DNA of 64,000 bases, from contig OX597837.1 in the NCBI GenBank assembly GCA_951406725.2, forward strand, positions 10,912,001 through 10,976,000, read 5' to 3'. Within the stretch, counting starts at the first letter, position 1. Each line of letters begins with the position of its first letter. The notes beneath the pieces were generated by a model. The model searched no databases and had not been told where the DNA came from. It saw only the letters and a list, made by a program, of their open reading frames with translations. Shown here one piece after another: positions 37,570-49,439 of the stretch. Origin of the DNA: Octopus vulgaris. Taxonomy: Eukaryota. The position numbers were made by a program, and so were the translations under genes.

Positions 37570-38276
37570 TGTTACATCTCTATCATGTTACACCTGCATC
37601 ATGTTGCACCTGTAATAATGTCGCTCTTCCTATCATGTCATGCTTCTATAAATGTAAAATTTTTACCTGACTCAGTTTCTCATCGTTATTCATTTGTTAT
37701 TATCATTATCGTTGTTGTTGTTGTTATTATTATTATTATTGAGTGAGAGAGCAGTGCATGCCATCAAAGAGACACCGGGGCAAAATATTCAAAGCCCAGT
37801 ATACCCATCATGACTACCCGTCTGATAAGGGTACACTAGGCACATGCATCACAACCATATGTGCGTGACATGGTGATCTCATACCTCATATATATACATA
37901 TATAATGATAGATTCTGTCATTGTGAAAGGTAAATGAGGGTTCAGGAAAATGAAGCGTTAATCATGTTCTATGGGCACAAATGTCTCCCTTGAGGGCTGC
38001 TGGTGCCTTGCAAACCTTTTGGCAATTGGAGCAAGTTGAGGACTCAGTTTGCTTGTGTGCTTTCGGGTCATTTACTTAATGTTTTCTTGAGTGGGCAGCA
38101 AGGCCTGCTTTGATTCGTGCCACAAAACCACAATGACAGGTAAGGGTTTCCATTTAGAGGAGCAGCAGTTTGCCAGCGTTCCTTCATGCTTACCTGAAGT
38201 AGGGCCTGAGTTGGAGTTGACTTTGCTATATATATATATATATATATTGTCTTATATCATATTATATATATATATA

Positions 38277-38680
38277 GGCGCAGGAGTGGCTGTGTGGTAA
38301 GTAGCTTGCTAACCAACTACATGGTTCCGGGTTCAGTCCCACTGCGTGGCATCCTTGGGCAAGTGTCTTCTGCTATAGCCCCAGGCCGACCAATGCCTTG
38401 TGAGTGGATTTGGTAGACGGAAACTGAAAGAAGCCTGTCATATATATGTATATATATATATGTGTGTGTGTTTGTGTGTCTGTGTTTGTCCCCCTAGCAC
38501 TGCTTGACAACCGATGCTGGTGTGTTTATGTCCCCATCACTTAGCGGTTTGGCAAAAGAGACCAATTGAATAAGTACTGGTCTTACAAAGAATAAGTCCC
38601 AGGGTCGATTTGCTCGACTAAAGGCGGTGCTCCAGCATGGCTGCAGTCAAATGAGTAAAACAAGTAAAAGAGTAAAAGAG
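38277..38680 (+). mobile_element. tRNA-derived CORE-type SINE with central (TA)/(TG) microsatellite (representative copy)
   Basis: A-box TGGCTGTGTGG, B-box-like GGTTCAGTCCC, CORE-like CCTTGGGCAAGTGTCTT; other copies near 4326, 10605, 14262, 30067, 39110, 41445 and 52090. Confidence 0.8.
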
Positions 38681-39131
38681 TATATATATATATATATATA
38701 TATATTGTCTTACATCATGTTACTTAGTGACTCCTCTAGTGGTGGTGCCACAAAAAGGTACCCAGTATACTTTGCAAAGTGGTTGGTGTTAGGAAGGACA
38801 TTCAGCCATAAAAAAACTTGGCCAAGTAGACAATGGGGACCAATGCAACCTTCAAGCTGGTCGGATCCTGTCAAATAGAAAACCCTTCAGCCTATGCGAC
38901 ACAAATCATCATCATCATCATCATCAAATGTCCGTTGTCCATGCTGGCATGGGTTGGATGGTTTGACCAAGGCTGCACCAGATTCCAGTTTGATTTGGCA
39001 TGGTTTCTACAGCTGGATGCCCTTCCTAATGTCAACCACTTTACAGAGTGTAATGTGTGCCATTTGCATGACACCAATATCTGTCATAACTGTGATCTTA
39101 CTTGACTTGATGGGGCACACAAACACACACA

Positions 39132-39173
<42 letters not shown>

Positions 39174-39434
39174 TACGACGGGCTTCTTTCAGTTTCCATC
39201 TACCAAATCCATTCACAAGGCTTTAGTCGGCCCGGGGCTATAGTAAAAGACACTTGCCCAAGGTGCCACGCAGTGGGACTGAACCCGGAACCATGTGGTT
39301 GGTAAACAAGCTACTTACCACACAGCCACTCCTGCACCTATTGGTTCATTTTTTGTTTGTGTTTTTTTTTTGGTGGGAGGGTGGGGGAAAATAAAATTTT
39401 AAAAAATGACGAACCATCACATGTTTTTGTCAGG

Positions 39435-39440
39435 TTTATT
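39435..39440 (-). promoter_or_regulatory. Candidate polyadenylation signal of the WSC gene
   Basis: AATAAA on the - strand about 30 nt after the stop codon. Confidence 0.5.
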
Positions 39441-39469
39441 TCCAAAAATGTTTGAGCTTTGTTATTTGT

Positions 39470-40156
39470 TCAGATAAAAAAGCCGAAAGTATCCCAGTCA
39501 AACCCACCCATCCTCAATTTATAGACCTGCATGGCAACGTTCCCTCCGCAGTAGTGCTTCGAATTTTCACTGCATGGTCTATTGCAGGCCAGGTCATTTC
39601 TTTGATGTCTCTTGTAGTTTGGTCGAAGGGTGGCACTACAGTAGCAGACATTACCTTTGATCACACCAGCATAAGGTTTCCTCCGAACAGCACAGAGGTA
39701 ACAGCAGCGGGAAATGCTCATTTTTTCTGCTTTATTCTGCGGTAATTTTCGCCTGGCATAACTCTGCATGATGTTCTTCCTGTCGGATCTCTGTTGTGCG
39801 TTGAAAGGATAGCAACCCAGATATGCTGCCAGTGGCGTTTCCCGATTAAGCGAATAGATAAGGGCATGCAGCTGCAAGTATTGCGGCCCCCCACAGGTTT
39901 TAGCCTGGTTGGTACATGGTATGTTGCAATTATTTGAACTTGCGCCGTGTGATGAAAGATCTGTTTCAAGCAGCTTGTCGGCACACCAGCACTGTGTCCC
40001 CAAATACAAACCAGCGAATCTTCTAAACCAGCTGTGGCAAGAATATACACACCGTTGGATGGTCATGAAATTCATGTCTATGTATAATTCGGCAAATTTA
40101 TTCAGGCTGTTAGTGGTCTGGTTGAAGCATCCAACGTAGACATTACCTTCCACAGA
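39470..40156 (-). CDS. WSC-domain protein, last exon (two WSC domains)
   Basis: YVGCF...MTIQRCVYSC...FAGLYLGTQCWC...CNIPC...CGG and YLGCY...MSISRCCYLC...YAGVIKGNVCYC...CNRPC...CGG match the WSC cysteine pattern. Phase-0 acceptor tttacag ends at 40157; TGA at 39472-39470. Confidence 0.88.
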   Translation of the reverse strand, partial: SVEGNVYVGCFNQTTNSLNKFAELYIDMNFMTIQRCVYSCHSWFRRFAGLYLGTQCWCADKLLETDLSSHGASSNNCNIPCTNQAKTCGGPQYLQLHALIYSLNRETPLAAYLGCYPFNAQQRSDRKNIMQSYARRKLPQNKAEKMSISRCCYLCAVRRKPYAGVIKGNVCYCSATLRPNYKRHQRNDLACNRPCSENSKHYCGGNVAMQVYKLRMGGFDWDTFGFFI

Positions 40157-40204
40157 CTGTAAATAAAGAGAAAAATAAATAAATAGAAATAACAAATACC
40201 ATAT

Positions 40205-40398
40205 ATATATAGGAGAGTTTACGAAAAAAAGCAAAAGACGAAGACAGGTGGTGTACAAAACAAACAGATGTATTAGTATAACGCTCAGGAATAGAAAAAG
40301 TCTTTTATGTTTCGAGCCTATGCTCTTCTACAGAAAGGGACATAGAGAAAAACAAGGAGAGAAAAAAATGTGTGTAGTAGCTAACGATCTATCATGGC

Positions 40399-40435
<37 letters not shown>

Positions 40436-40694
40436 TAGATAGGGACAGTTTACGAAAAAAACCCAAAAGATGAAGACAGGTGATGTACAAAACTAACAGA
40501 TGTGTGTGTGTACCGTTGGCGATTTTTTTTCCTCTGTCTTCCCTTCTCTGGATCTTTCCTTCTCCTATGTTTCCGACGAAGAGCTCCGCTCGAAATGTTA
40601 AACCCTCCTTCTTTCCTTCTTTCCTGAGCGTCCAATAATACTATATTTGTTCCACGTCCTCACGTTGTGTTTTTTTGTGTTTTCTTGTTTGGAT

Positions 40695-40753
<59 letters not shown>

Positions 40754-40940
40754 ATATAGGGAGAGTTTACAAAAAAAAACAAAAGATGAAGACAGGTGGT
40801 GTACAAAACAAACAGATGTATTAGTATAACGCTCAGGAATAGAAAAAGTCTTTTACGCTTCGAGCCTATGCTCTTCTACAGAAAGGGACACAGAAACAAG
40901 GAGAGAAAAAAATGTGTGTAGTGGCTAACAATCTATCATA
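40205..40940. repeat. Cluster of (TA)n-embedded repeats with hammerhead-like motifs (probably Penelope-derived); further copies at about 51300-51725
   Basis: GAGAGTTTAC...GAAGACAGGTGGTGTACAAAACAAACAGATG repeated near 40210, 40445 and 40760. Confidence 0.7.
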
Positions 40941-41858
40941 CATAAATGAATGGTTTGTGTTCTTCAACTTGTAACAAAGGATACTATGTTTTTCTTAATT
41001 TTAACCATTTATTTAGATTCCATTTGCTGAATAAATGATAGATATTTATTTTTATACATTTTAAACAAGCAACTTACTGTTTAACGAAGTTAATTAAACA
41101 ATTAGTTTTAACCAATTTTCTAATTATAAAGGAGTGGAATTGAACCAGTGTGTGTGTGTGTTAATAATATTGGCATAATGGCCCTCCCTAGACACAACAA
41201 TATTTAAAAAATATTTCTCAAATACCTTTTATGGAAACGTATGAGAGAGACTGTGCTGGTGCCACATTGAAAGCACACAGTACACTCTATGGAGTGGTTG
41301 GCATTAGGAAGGGCATCCAGACATAGAAACTATGCTAAGACAGACAACGGAGCCTTGTGTGACCCCTGGCCTTACCAGCGCCAGTCAGGCCCTCCACCCC
41401 ATGCCAGCATGGAGGACATTAAATGATGATGGTTTGTTGTCTTTTTCACGGTTCAGTCATTTGACAGCAGACATGCTGGAGCACCGTGTTGAAGGGTTTT
41501 AATCGATCAAATTGGCCCCAGGACTTATTGTTTTTTTAAGCCTAGGACTTATTCTATTAGTCTGTTTTGCCAAATTGTTAAATTATGGGGATGTAAACAC
41601 ACCAACAGTGGTTGTCAAGCAATAGTGGGCAGGACAAACAGGCAAAAAAAAAAAAGACACACACATGACAGGATTCTTTTAGTTTCCATCTTCCAGATCC
41701 ACTCACAAGGTTTTGGTCAGCCCAAGGATATAGTAGAAGACACTTACCCAAGGTGCCATACAGTGGGACTGAACCCAGAACCATGTGGTTGGGAAGCAAG
41801 CTACTTAGCACCTGGCCATGCTTGTATATTCTGTATATTTATGTATATATACATATCG

Positions 41859-41902
<44 letters not shown>

Positions 41903-41905
41903 GCA

Positions 41906-41939
<34 letters not shown>

Positions 41940-41942
41940 TAT

Positions 41943-42080
41943 AAAATTATTCAAAGGACATACTAAGTATGTCTACCTGCTTGAAATAACAGTCAAAACC
42001 CTTATTAAATCGCCAAAATAAAAGTTTTGACTGTTATATCAAGCAGGTAGACATACTTAGTATGTCCTTTGATTAATTTT
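41943..42080. repeat. Inverted repeat with arms of about 55 bp
   Basis: TCAAAGGACATACTAAGTATGTCTACCTGCTTGA(A)ATAACAGTCAAAAC and its reverse complement. Confidence 0.85.
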
Positions 42081-42825
42081 AATCCCTCGGCTATTTTTAC
42101 GGTGGCACGTAAAAATCACCCACTACACTCATGGAGTGGTTGGCATTAGGAAGGGCATCCAGCTGTAGAAACTCTGCCAGATCAGACTGGAGTCATTGAT
42201 TCTGTTGTTATCATTTTAAAAATAGTTACATGGGATTATAATAGAATTAATGACCCCTTCGTGAATTAATTTACATATATATAGTAGTAGGAGTACTCCG
42301 TCGGTTACGACGATGAAGGTCCCAGCTGATACGATCAACGGAACAGCCTGCTCGTGGAATTAACGTGCAAGTGACTGAGCATTCTACAGACACGTGTACC
42401 CTTACCGTAGTTCTCAGGGAGATTCAGTGTGACACAGAGTGTGGCAAGGCTGGCCCTTTGAAATACAGGTACTACTCATTTTTGCCAGCTGAATGGACTG
42501 AAGCAACGTGAAAATAAAGTGTCTTGCTCGAGGACATAACGCGCCACCGGGAATTGAACTCACAACCTTACGATCGTGAACCAAATGCCCCTAACCACTA
42601 AGCCACGCCTTCACAATATATATACACATACACATAATTTTTTGTGTGAGTAACATCTAACCATTTCAAGTTATGGAAGGTGTTCTCCTTTGTCTAACTT
42701 TCTAAATTATTAAATAGGGCCTCTAATAGCTGACTGGAATCATTCTGTCCATTTTTTTCTATTCGAAAATTAATTCTGCTCTCTTCTTTGTTTCACAGTG
42801 AATAATTAACTTTCAGGTCTATATA

Positions 42826-43170
42826 ATAATAATAATAATGATGAAATTATTGTATACAGTGCTCAGGTGCACCACAACTTGTCAGAAAGTGCATATAAAG
42901 CATATACAGTAATGTACAAATGTCTGGAAAGCGAACAATGAATGAGTCAGATACATGCTTGTGTGTGTATGGAGGGGAGGAAATCAGGTGTAGTGTTGGC
43001 GGATCTCAGGAAGCATGGAAGTTTTGAAGGATGCAGTGCTCCGACAACTAACAACTGATGCTGGCAGTTTGTTCCATGCTTCAACGACTCTCAGCGTGAA
43101 AAAATGTTTCCTAAAGTCATGGGAGCTGTGCTGTTTTCTGACTTTGTAAATATGTCCACCGGTGTTAGAT
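42826..43170 (-). mobile_element. CR1-type LINE 3' fragment
   Basis: Minus strand reads GHIYKVRKQHSSHDFRKHFFTLRVVEAWNKLPASVV, a CR1-type ORF2 C-terminal motif. Confidence 0.8.
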
Positions 43171-45504
43171 GATCAAATTTTCTGTGATAAGATTGACCAA
43201 TGAGAAATTCATTGGCAAATCTAATCACTACAATATGCTGTGTGTCATTAGTATATATTTAATATTGCTGGCATAATGGTGACATTCGCTTATAACTATC
43301 GTACAATGTCAGGGCAAGGAGAAAGTGACACACACAATGCACACGCACGCTTGCGACAGACTTCTTTCAGTTTTTCTGCCCAATCTACGTAGAAGACTTT
43401 ATTTGACTCAGAGCTATAGCAGAAAACAATTGCCCAAGGTGTCACATGGTGGGATCGAACCTGGCACCATGTGCCTGGGAAGCAATCAATCTTACCACAC
43501 GGCCATGCCCGATCCTGGTGGAAACAAAACTGCGAGCTGGCAGAAACGTTAGCACACCGGGTGAAATGCTTATCGTAATTTCGTCTGCCGTTACGTTCTG
43601 AGTTCAAATTCTGCCGAGGTCGACTTTGCTTTGTTTCGGGGTCGATAAATTAAGTACCAGTTACGCACTGGGGTCGATGTATTCGACTTAACCCCTTTGA
43701 CTGTCCTTGTTTGCCCCCTCTATGTTTAGCCCCCTGTGGTCAATAAAGAAATAAGAAACAAAACTGCCCCCGTGTGCTTAGGTAGTATTCCATTATTAGT
43801 TTTCTTATTTCACTGAATGTATGGTCAGTGTGTGTGTGTGTGTGTGTGTGTGTTCGTGTTTGTGTGTATGTGTGCGTGTTTGTGTGTGTGTGTGTGTGTA
43901 TTCGTGTACGTGTGTGTATATCCGTGTGTGTGTGTGTGGTCTTCGTTTAAGTTTTATGCAGGGTACCCCACCAACCAAACACACAATGAAATAAAAATAC
44001 GACGCGTGCTGTACTGTATTGGCTAAGTTGTTGCTTAGCTCCAAATCAATCCTGGTCAAGGAGATCGATAACCATAGGCATTCCATCGGTGAGCATCCAG
44101 GCAGTGCCTGCTCTCCTTCAATCTTGTCAAAGAGTAGGTGCGATTCGAAGGCGATTTGACTGCTATTTGTAGTAAATCGAGCGACTCCGTTGATGCATCC
44201 TGTCTCTGTCCGGTTCGAGTATTCTTTGTAGTTAATTGTGCTCCGTCGTGGTAAGATTAGGTGAGGGCGATCAGAGAGGACTGGTGTAGTCCATGATGCA
44301 AAAATTGAGGACTCATGTAAGTCTGGCCTAGTCCATGCTGCAGATGGGGGTGGCCGGATAACACTAACATCGTATATACTGGATCTAATACCCTGTTTGT
44401 AGACCTCTTCGTTTTTTGTTTTTTTTCCCCTTCTGTGGCGGGATTAACACAAGAAGAGTGTTCCAAGTGTTGGCAGGTTTACAAAGTAATTTGGTTATCA
44501 ATGAGCCTTGAGTTCAGATCTTCCTCTGGAGGTGGAGAGTATGGGTGATTCTCCAGCTGGCTGGCAGGCAGACTAGGTAACAGGCTTTTCCCAAATATAT
44601 TGTACGAGTTGGGTGCGGAAAAGTTTCTAGTTTCGAGCTATTTGTTCTCATTCTCAGTGGTGGACATTCGTCCACTAGAGAAAGCTGCAGTTCGCTCCAG
44701 CTCGCAATATATAAAAAAATAAGTGACAACCAGTCACTGATCTTGCATCAAACGAATCAGCTTCTTAGAAAATCTCTGTTAGAGATGAAAGCAGGAACTA
44801 TACTGAGAAATTATGTTTACCGCCACTCCAACATGGCTGTCCCGTAGGAACCGACGTTACTACTGTTTTTAACCTCTAGAGGACGCTTCCTTCAGTAGGT
44901 TAGCGATGCAGTCTGCACCCGATATATATTGCAAGCAGGGGAGCGAACCCCTACTATCTTCCCCTACCGGATGGTCTGGTGGTTCCGTCGTCGCTGGAAG
45001 GTTGATACCACCCATTGTTAATTGGGGACGCACAGTAGTACGTTGAGAGTCCAAGAAAACATTTTGATTTATATGTAATTGTTGCACGAAATAGCTAGGT
45101 TTCTTTCTCTAACGTTTGACATAGTTCAGCCCACACAAGGACATGTGTGATAAAATAGGTACTTTGAAAGAAGTTATCTATAAAATTAAAATTAGTTTTT
45201 AAACATCAAGTGGCTATCCAGAAGTTATCTATAAAACTAGATTTTATCTATGAAACTAGTTATTAAACATTAAATGACTATGGGTGGTCCTCCAGAATAA
45301 TATAGTAATTAAAGAGGTCCATAGCTGAAAAAAATTGTTGCGAACCCCTGCTTTAGATGTATCTCGTATTGGTTATGTATTGCACGAAACAGCTGCGATT
45401 CTTTCTCTAGCATTTTTCAGAGTTCAACCTACACAAGTGAACGTGTGAATAACAAAATAAGAATTTTGAAAGAAGTTTCTATAAAACTGTTTTTTAAACA
45501 TCAA

Positions 45505-46023
45505 AGTATGGACTTGACAGAGCAAAAAATTGGTATGACCACAAACCTGAAGGAATCGTCGAAAATAGAAATGCAAAGATCCTGTGGGACTTTATGATTC
45601 AGTGCGACCATGAGATAGAGAATAAGAAGCCAGACATAGTCTTAATTGAGAAAGAAAGCAAACTATGCTGGATCATAGATATAGCATGCCCAGCTGACAA
45701 CAAGCTATGCGATAAGGAAGAAAGAAAAGTGGAAAGATATGACAGGTTAGCTTGGGAGGTTAAGCTGTTGTGGTCGATGAAAAAGGTGGTAGTGGTACCA
45801 ATAATTGTCGGAGCCCTGGAAACAGTGAGCAGAAATCTCGAGAAGTACGTTGAACAAATAGGGGCTGCAATAAGGGTGGAGCACTTTCAGAAAACAGCAC
45901 TGCTTGGAACCGCTCGAATACTCCGGAAAGTGCTCGAAAAATAAGAGGTGCTACCTTAGTACACTGGTAGTGAACAGCTGACACCGTAGTACATCTCCAG
46001 CGTTAGAAGCTACGCAAAGGCAA
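45505..46023 (+). mobile_element. R4/Dong-type LINE 3' fragment (family B, RLE domain)
   Basis: [26 protein letters not shown]...IIDIACP...KVERY...[12 protein letters not shown], followed by (AAT)n. Confidence 0.88.
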
Positions 46024-46025
46024 TG

Positions 46026-46060
<35 letters not shown>

Positions 46061-46062
<2 letters not shown>

Positions 46063-47145
46063 GCAGGCAAAGAAATATCTAAGTGAATTCCAAACACAAC
46101 AAATTTCAGAATTAGACCTACTGGAAACAAGCACAGAAAAAGTTAAGTATATGAAAACCCGGGTTAAAACTGCTGCCTTAGATATTCTTACTGATAAATG
46201 ACAAGAAAAACCTCTCAGTGACAAATACCCAAAGAGAGCTAATAATACCGATGTTGACAAAGCCCTTACCCATCAATGATTAGTATCTTCTGGCTTAAAA
46301 TCAGAAGCAGAAGAGTTTATCATAGCAGCCCAAGATCAATACCTACCTGCAAGGAGCTACGAGGCCAACATATTAAAGAACGGCAGTAGACCAACATGTC
46401 GTGTGTGTAAACAACAAAATGGAACCGTCGATCATGTTGTCTCCATGTGCAGTCTTCTTGCGCCTACAGAATATCTCAACAGGCATGATAGAGCAGCTGA
46501 ATATGTTCACTGGATAATTTGCAAAAACCTGGACTTGCCCCATGATAAAAACTGGTGGGAGCACAAACCAACTCCAGTGCTTGAAAATGATTACATCTCA
46601 CCCCTCTGAAACTTCACCGTTCAAACCGACAGAAAGATAGATGCGAATAGGCCAGACATTATATTGAAGGACAAAAACCATGCCTTCTCATCGATTTGTC
46701 TGTCCCAATTGACGTAAATGGTTTTGTCAAGACCTACCAGACACTGAGCAAGTATAAAGATCTTGAAATAGAAATCGGCAAAATGTGGAACCTCAAGACT
46801 AAAACAGTATCTGTTGTCATAGGTGCCATAGCAAAAGGGGCCAATTGCTACATAGCACAGATGCCAGGAAATCCAAAAATGGCAAATGGCAGAAATTTAA
46901 AAAATAGTGTTCATGGGAACTGCCCATATCCTACGTAAAATACTGTCTACGTAATCCCAAATGTTAAAACAAACTCATAACTATTTTATGCTTTCTTAAA
47001 CATTCTATAGAACAATAATTGGTGCAAAACCAAATATATGGCACCCTAGTCATGATGCCAAATTGAACTTCTAGCTTGTCTCTTGAGGTCTCTGGGTGAA
47101 ACTTGGAGCCAATTTGTACAAATACAAAGCAAAAATCAAACAGGC
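46061..47145 (+). mobile_element. Second, degraded copy of R4/Dong family A
   Basis: KQAKKYLSEF..., CRVCKQQNGTVDHVVSMC, RHDRAA, same 3' UTR as 18299-18480, (AAT)n tail. Confidence 0.88.
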
Positions 47146-47220
47146 AATAATAATAATAATGATAATAATAATAATAATAATAATAATATTAATAATAATG
47201 ATAATAATAATAATAATATA

Positions 47221-47696
47221 AAAGATGGTATAAAAGATGGGCTACAGCAAATATTCTGCTCAATACCACAGATTTGCTTGTCAGTTGTTTGACCTTAACC
47301 AGTTGAGCATGTCCCTTAGTGGCTGACGATATGTGCATCTCTGATCACGAGCAGAAGTAGTGGGGGAGCATCATAGCCATGTGTTGAGAGAGATTCTTTG
47401 GGGTTTGAATAATTCACCTTTGGAAACAGGGGTGTTTCGTTCAACATCCTTAAGCAACCCTTATTCAGGGACCTTTTGAGCGGGATGGGCTACTCAACCT
47501 GAAGAAAATTGTAACTGGGCCCCAACTGCAAGGTCATGTGCTGTTTATCTTGATATGAGATCACCATGTCGCGCACATATGGTTGTGATGCATGTGCCTA
47601 GTGTACCCTTATCAGACGGGTAGTCATGATGGGTATATTGGGCTTCGTATATTTTACCCCAGTGTCACTTTGATGGCATGCACTGCTCTCTCACTC

Positions 47697-47735
<39 letters not shown>
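47221..47735 (+). mobile_element. (TAA)n-tailed retroelement 3' region (family C); other copies at about 33827-34034 (-) and 37726-37880 (-)
   Basis: Three copies share ...gatggcatgcactgctctctcact followed by an (AAT)n tail. Confidence 0.7.
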
Positions 47736-47917
47736 CTCTCTAAAATGTTCGGTTTGGCACAAGACTAGCAATTTTGAGGAGCAGGGTATAAACGATTGTA
47801 TGCCACCTCACATACACGAAAATATGTTCACGCTTACACGGACACACTCACACACATGTAGACACACATGTACACATCGCCCACATTTAAACAAATAAAA
47901 TCACTTGTTTTCCTTAC

Positions 47918-48664
47918 TTTCGAAGATGGCGTCATAGTCTCATAGATCCGTACGGTATTCTTTTGGCGACATTTCGACTTCTTTGGGCTGCATATTTTCG
48001 AACAGTCGACGTTTCTAATAGCCTTCTTGGTCGGGGGTTTATTGCTTCCGCAAAAGCAAACCTTCCCATTGTACACCACGGCATACTTCAAGCCGTAAAG
48101 GCGACATCGAAACATGCAGCTTTTTTGTGATTTATTCAAAACAACTAATTGAAGATTCATTGTTTTTTTCAGTCTTCGTGAATTTGTGATTTTGAAACAA
48201 CCGATAATTCTACCGTCATTATTATTCAGAGATTCGTCGTTTGGTTTGACCCTGGCCTTATGCTTTTCGGCTTTTGCAGCTTTTTCGGCCTTCTCGGCTT
48301 TCGCAATTTTTTCGGCCATTTTGGCTTTTGCAGCTTTTTCGGCTTTGGCGGCCTTTTCGGCTTTTGCAGTCTTTTTAGCCTTCGCAGTTTTTACGGTCTT
48401 TTCGGCTTTTGCAGCTTTTTCGACCTTTTCGGTTTTTGCAATTTTTTCGGTTTTTTCGACTTTTACAGTTTTATCGGCCCTTTCGGCTTTTTCGATCTTC
48501 CTGGCTTTTTCGGTTTTTTCGGCCTTCTCGGCCTTTTCGGCTTTTTTTGTGCAATGACTTGGAACAAATATATCTCCGCTGATTAGTAATAGAATGATCA
48601 ACTGTGTGGTTATGAATTCACGAGAGAAGAGGTTATTATTTTTACTACTATTAATAGATATCAT
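47918..48664 (-). CDS. WSC-domain protein, first coding exon: signal-peptide-like segment, (KAE/KAA/KTE)n repeat, divergent WSC domain
   Basis: ATG at 48664; hydrophobic QLIILLLISG; about 95 aa Lys/Ala/Glu repeat; IIGCF...SCMFRC...YAVVYNGKVCFCG...DCSKIC; AAA|gtaagg phase-0 donor at 47917. Confidence 0.8.
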
Positions 48665-49087
48665 TTTATTTTATTTTCCCTTTTATCGTTAGTAAATTAA
48701 CTTGGAATATTCGAGTATATTTTTACATCGTTTTTTCTTTGCTTTTTTTAAAAAATATCGTTCGCGCTTTAACACTAAAAGCACTAAATCACTTATACAT
48801 ATTTCTTTCTTGGAAATCACACGAGTTCTTCCCTCTGTCTTGAAGGAATTGTACCGAACGCAGACGTTAAATCTAACTTTACGCAGAAAACTTACGTGAA
48901 AAACTTTGATATTTTTAAACATTAAGACATCAGCGTCTTCCTCTCTCTCTTACTGTCACTCTGTCTCCTACTGCCTTTCTCTCTTTACGTCTTTCCCTCC
49001 TTTTCTCTTTTCATGGCTCTCTCTCTCCCCCTCTCTCTGTTTTCTCTGTCTATTTATCTCTGTCTTTCTGTATCCCCTCTCTTTATC

Positions 49088-49326
49088 TCTTCTTCTTCTT
49101 CTTCTTCTTCTTCTTCTTCTTCTTCTTCTTCTTCTTCTTCTTCTTCTCCTCCTCCTCCTCCTCCTCCTCCTCCTTCTTCTTCTTCTTCTTCTTCTTCTTC
49201 TTCTCCTCCTCCTCCTCCTCCTCCTTCTTCTCCTCCTCCTCCTTCTTCGCCTTCTACTCCGTCTCCTTCTCCACCTTCCCTTCTTCTTCTTCTTCTTCTT
49301 CTTCTTCTTCTTCTTCTTCTTCTTCA
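49088..49326. repeat. (TTC)n/(TCC)n microsatellite upstream of the WSC gene
   Basis: Seen directly. Confidence 0.95.
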
Positions 49327-49439
49327 TGCACCGACCCCAATATTTATCAACGATGTAGGCGCAAGCATCGCTGTGTGGTTAGAAGTTTGTTTCCCAGCTA
49401 TATGGTACCGGGTTCAATCCCACTGCGTAACACCTCGGT

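Noticed and set aside
40157-40258. N-terminal 34 aa of ORF 39470-40258 as its own signal peptide
   Set aside because: It starts at a non-ATG codon inside a dispersed repeat, and its hydrophobicity comes from the polypyrimidine tract before the acceptor.
44200-45090. Additional WSC-gene exons (ORFs 44257-44466, 44514-44729, 44869-45087)
   Set aside because: There is no WSC cysteine pattern or convincing in-phase splice pair. It may be a decayed LINE, but I cannot classify it.
48186-48586. Plus-strand hydrophobic (FSA)n and (FGF)n ORFs
   Set aside because: They are antisense shadows of the KAE repeat.
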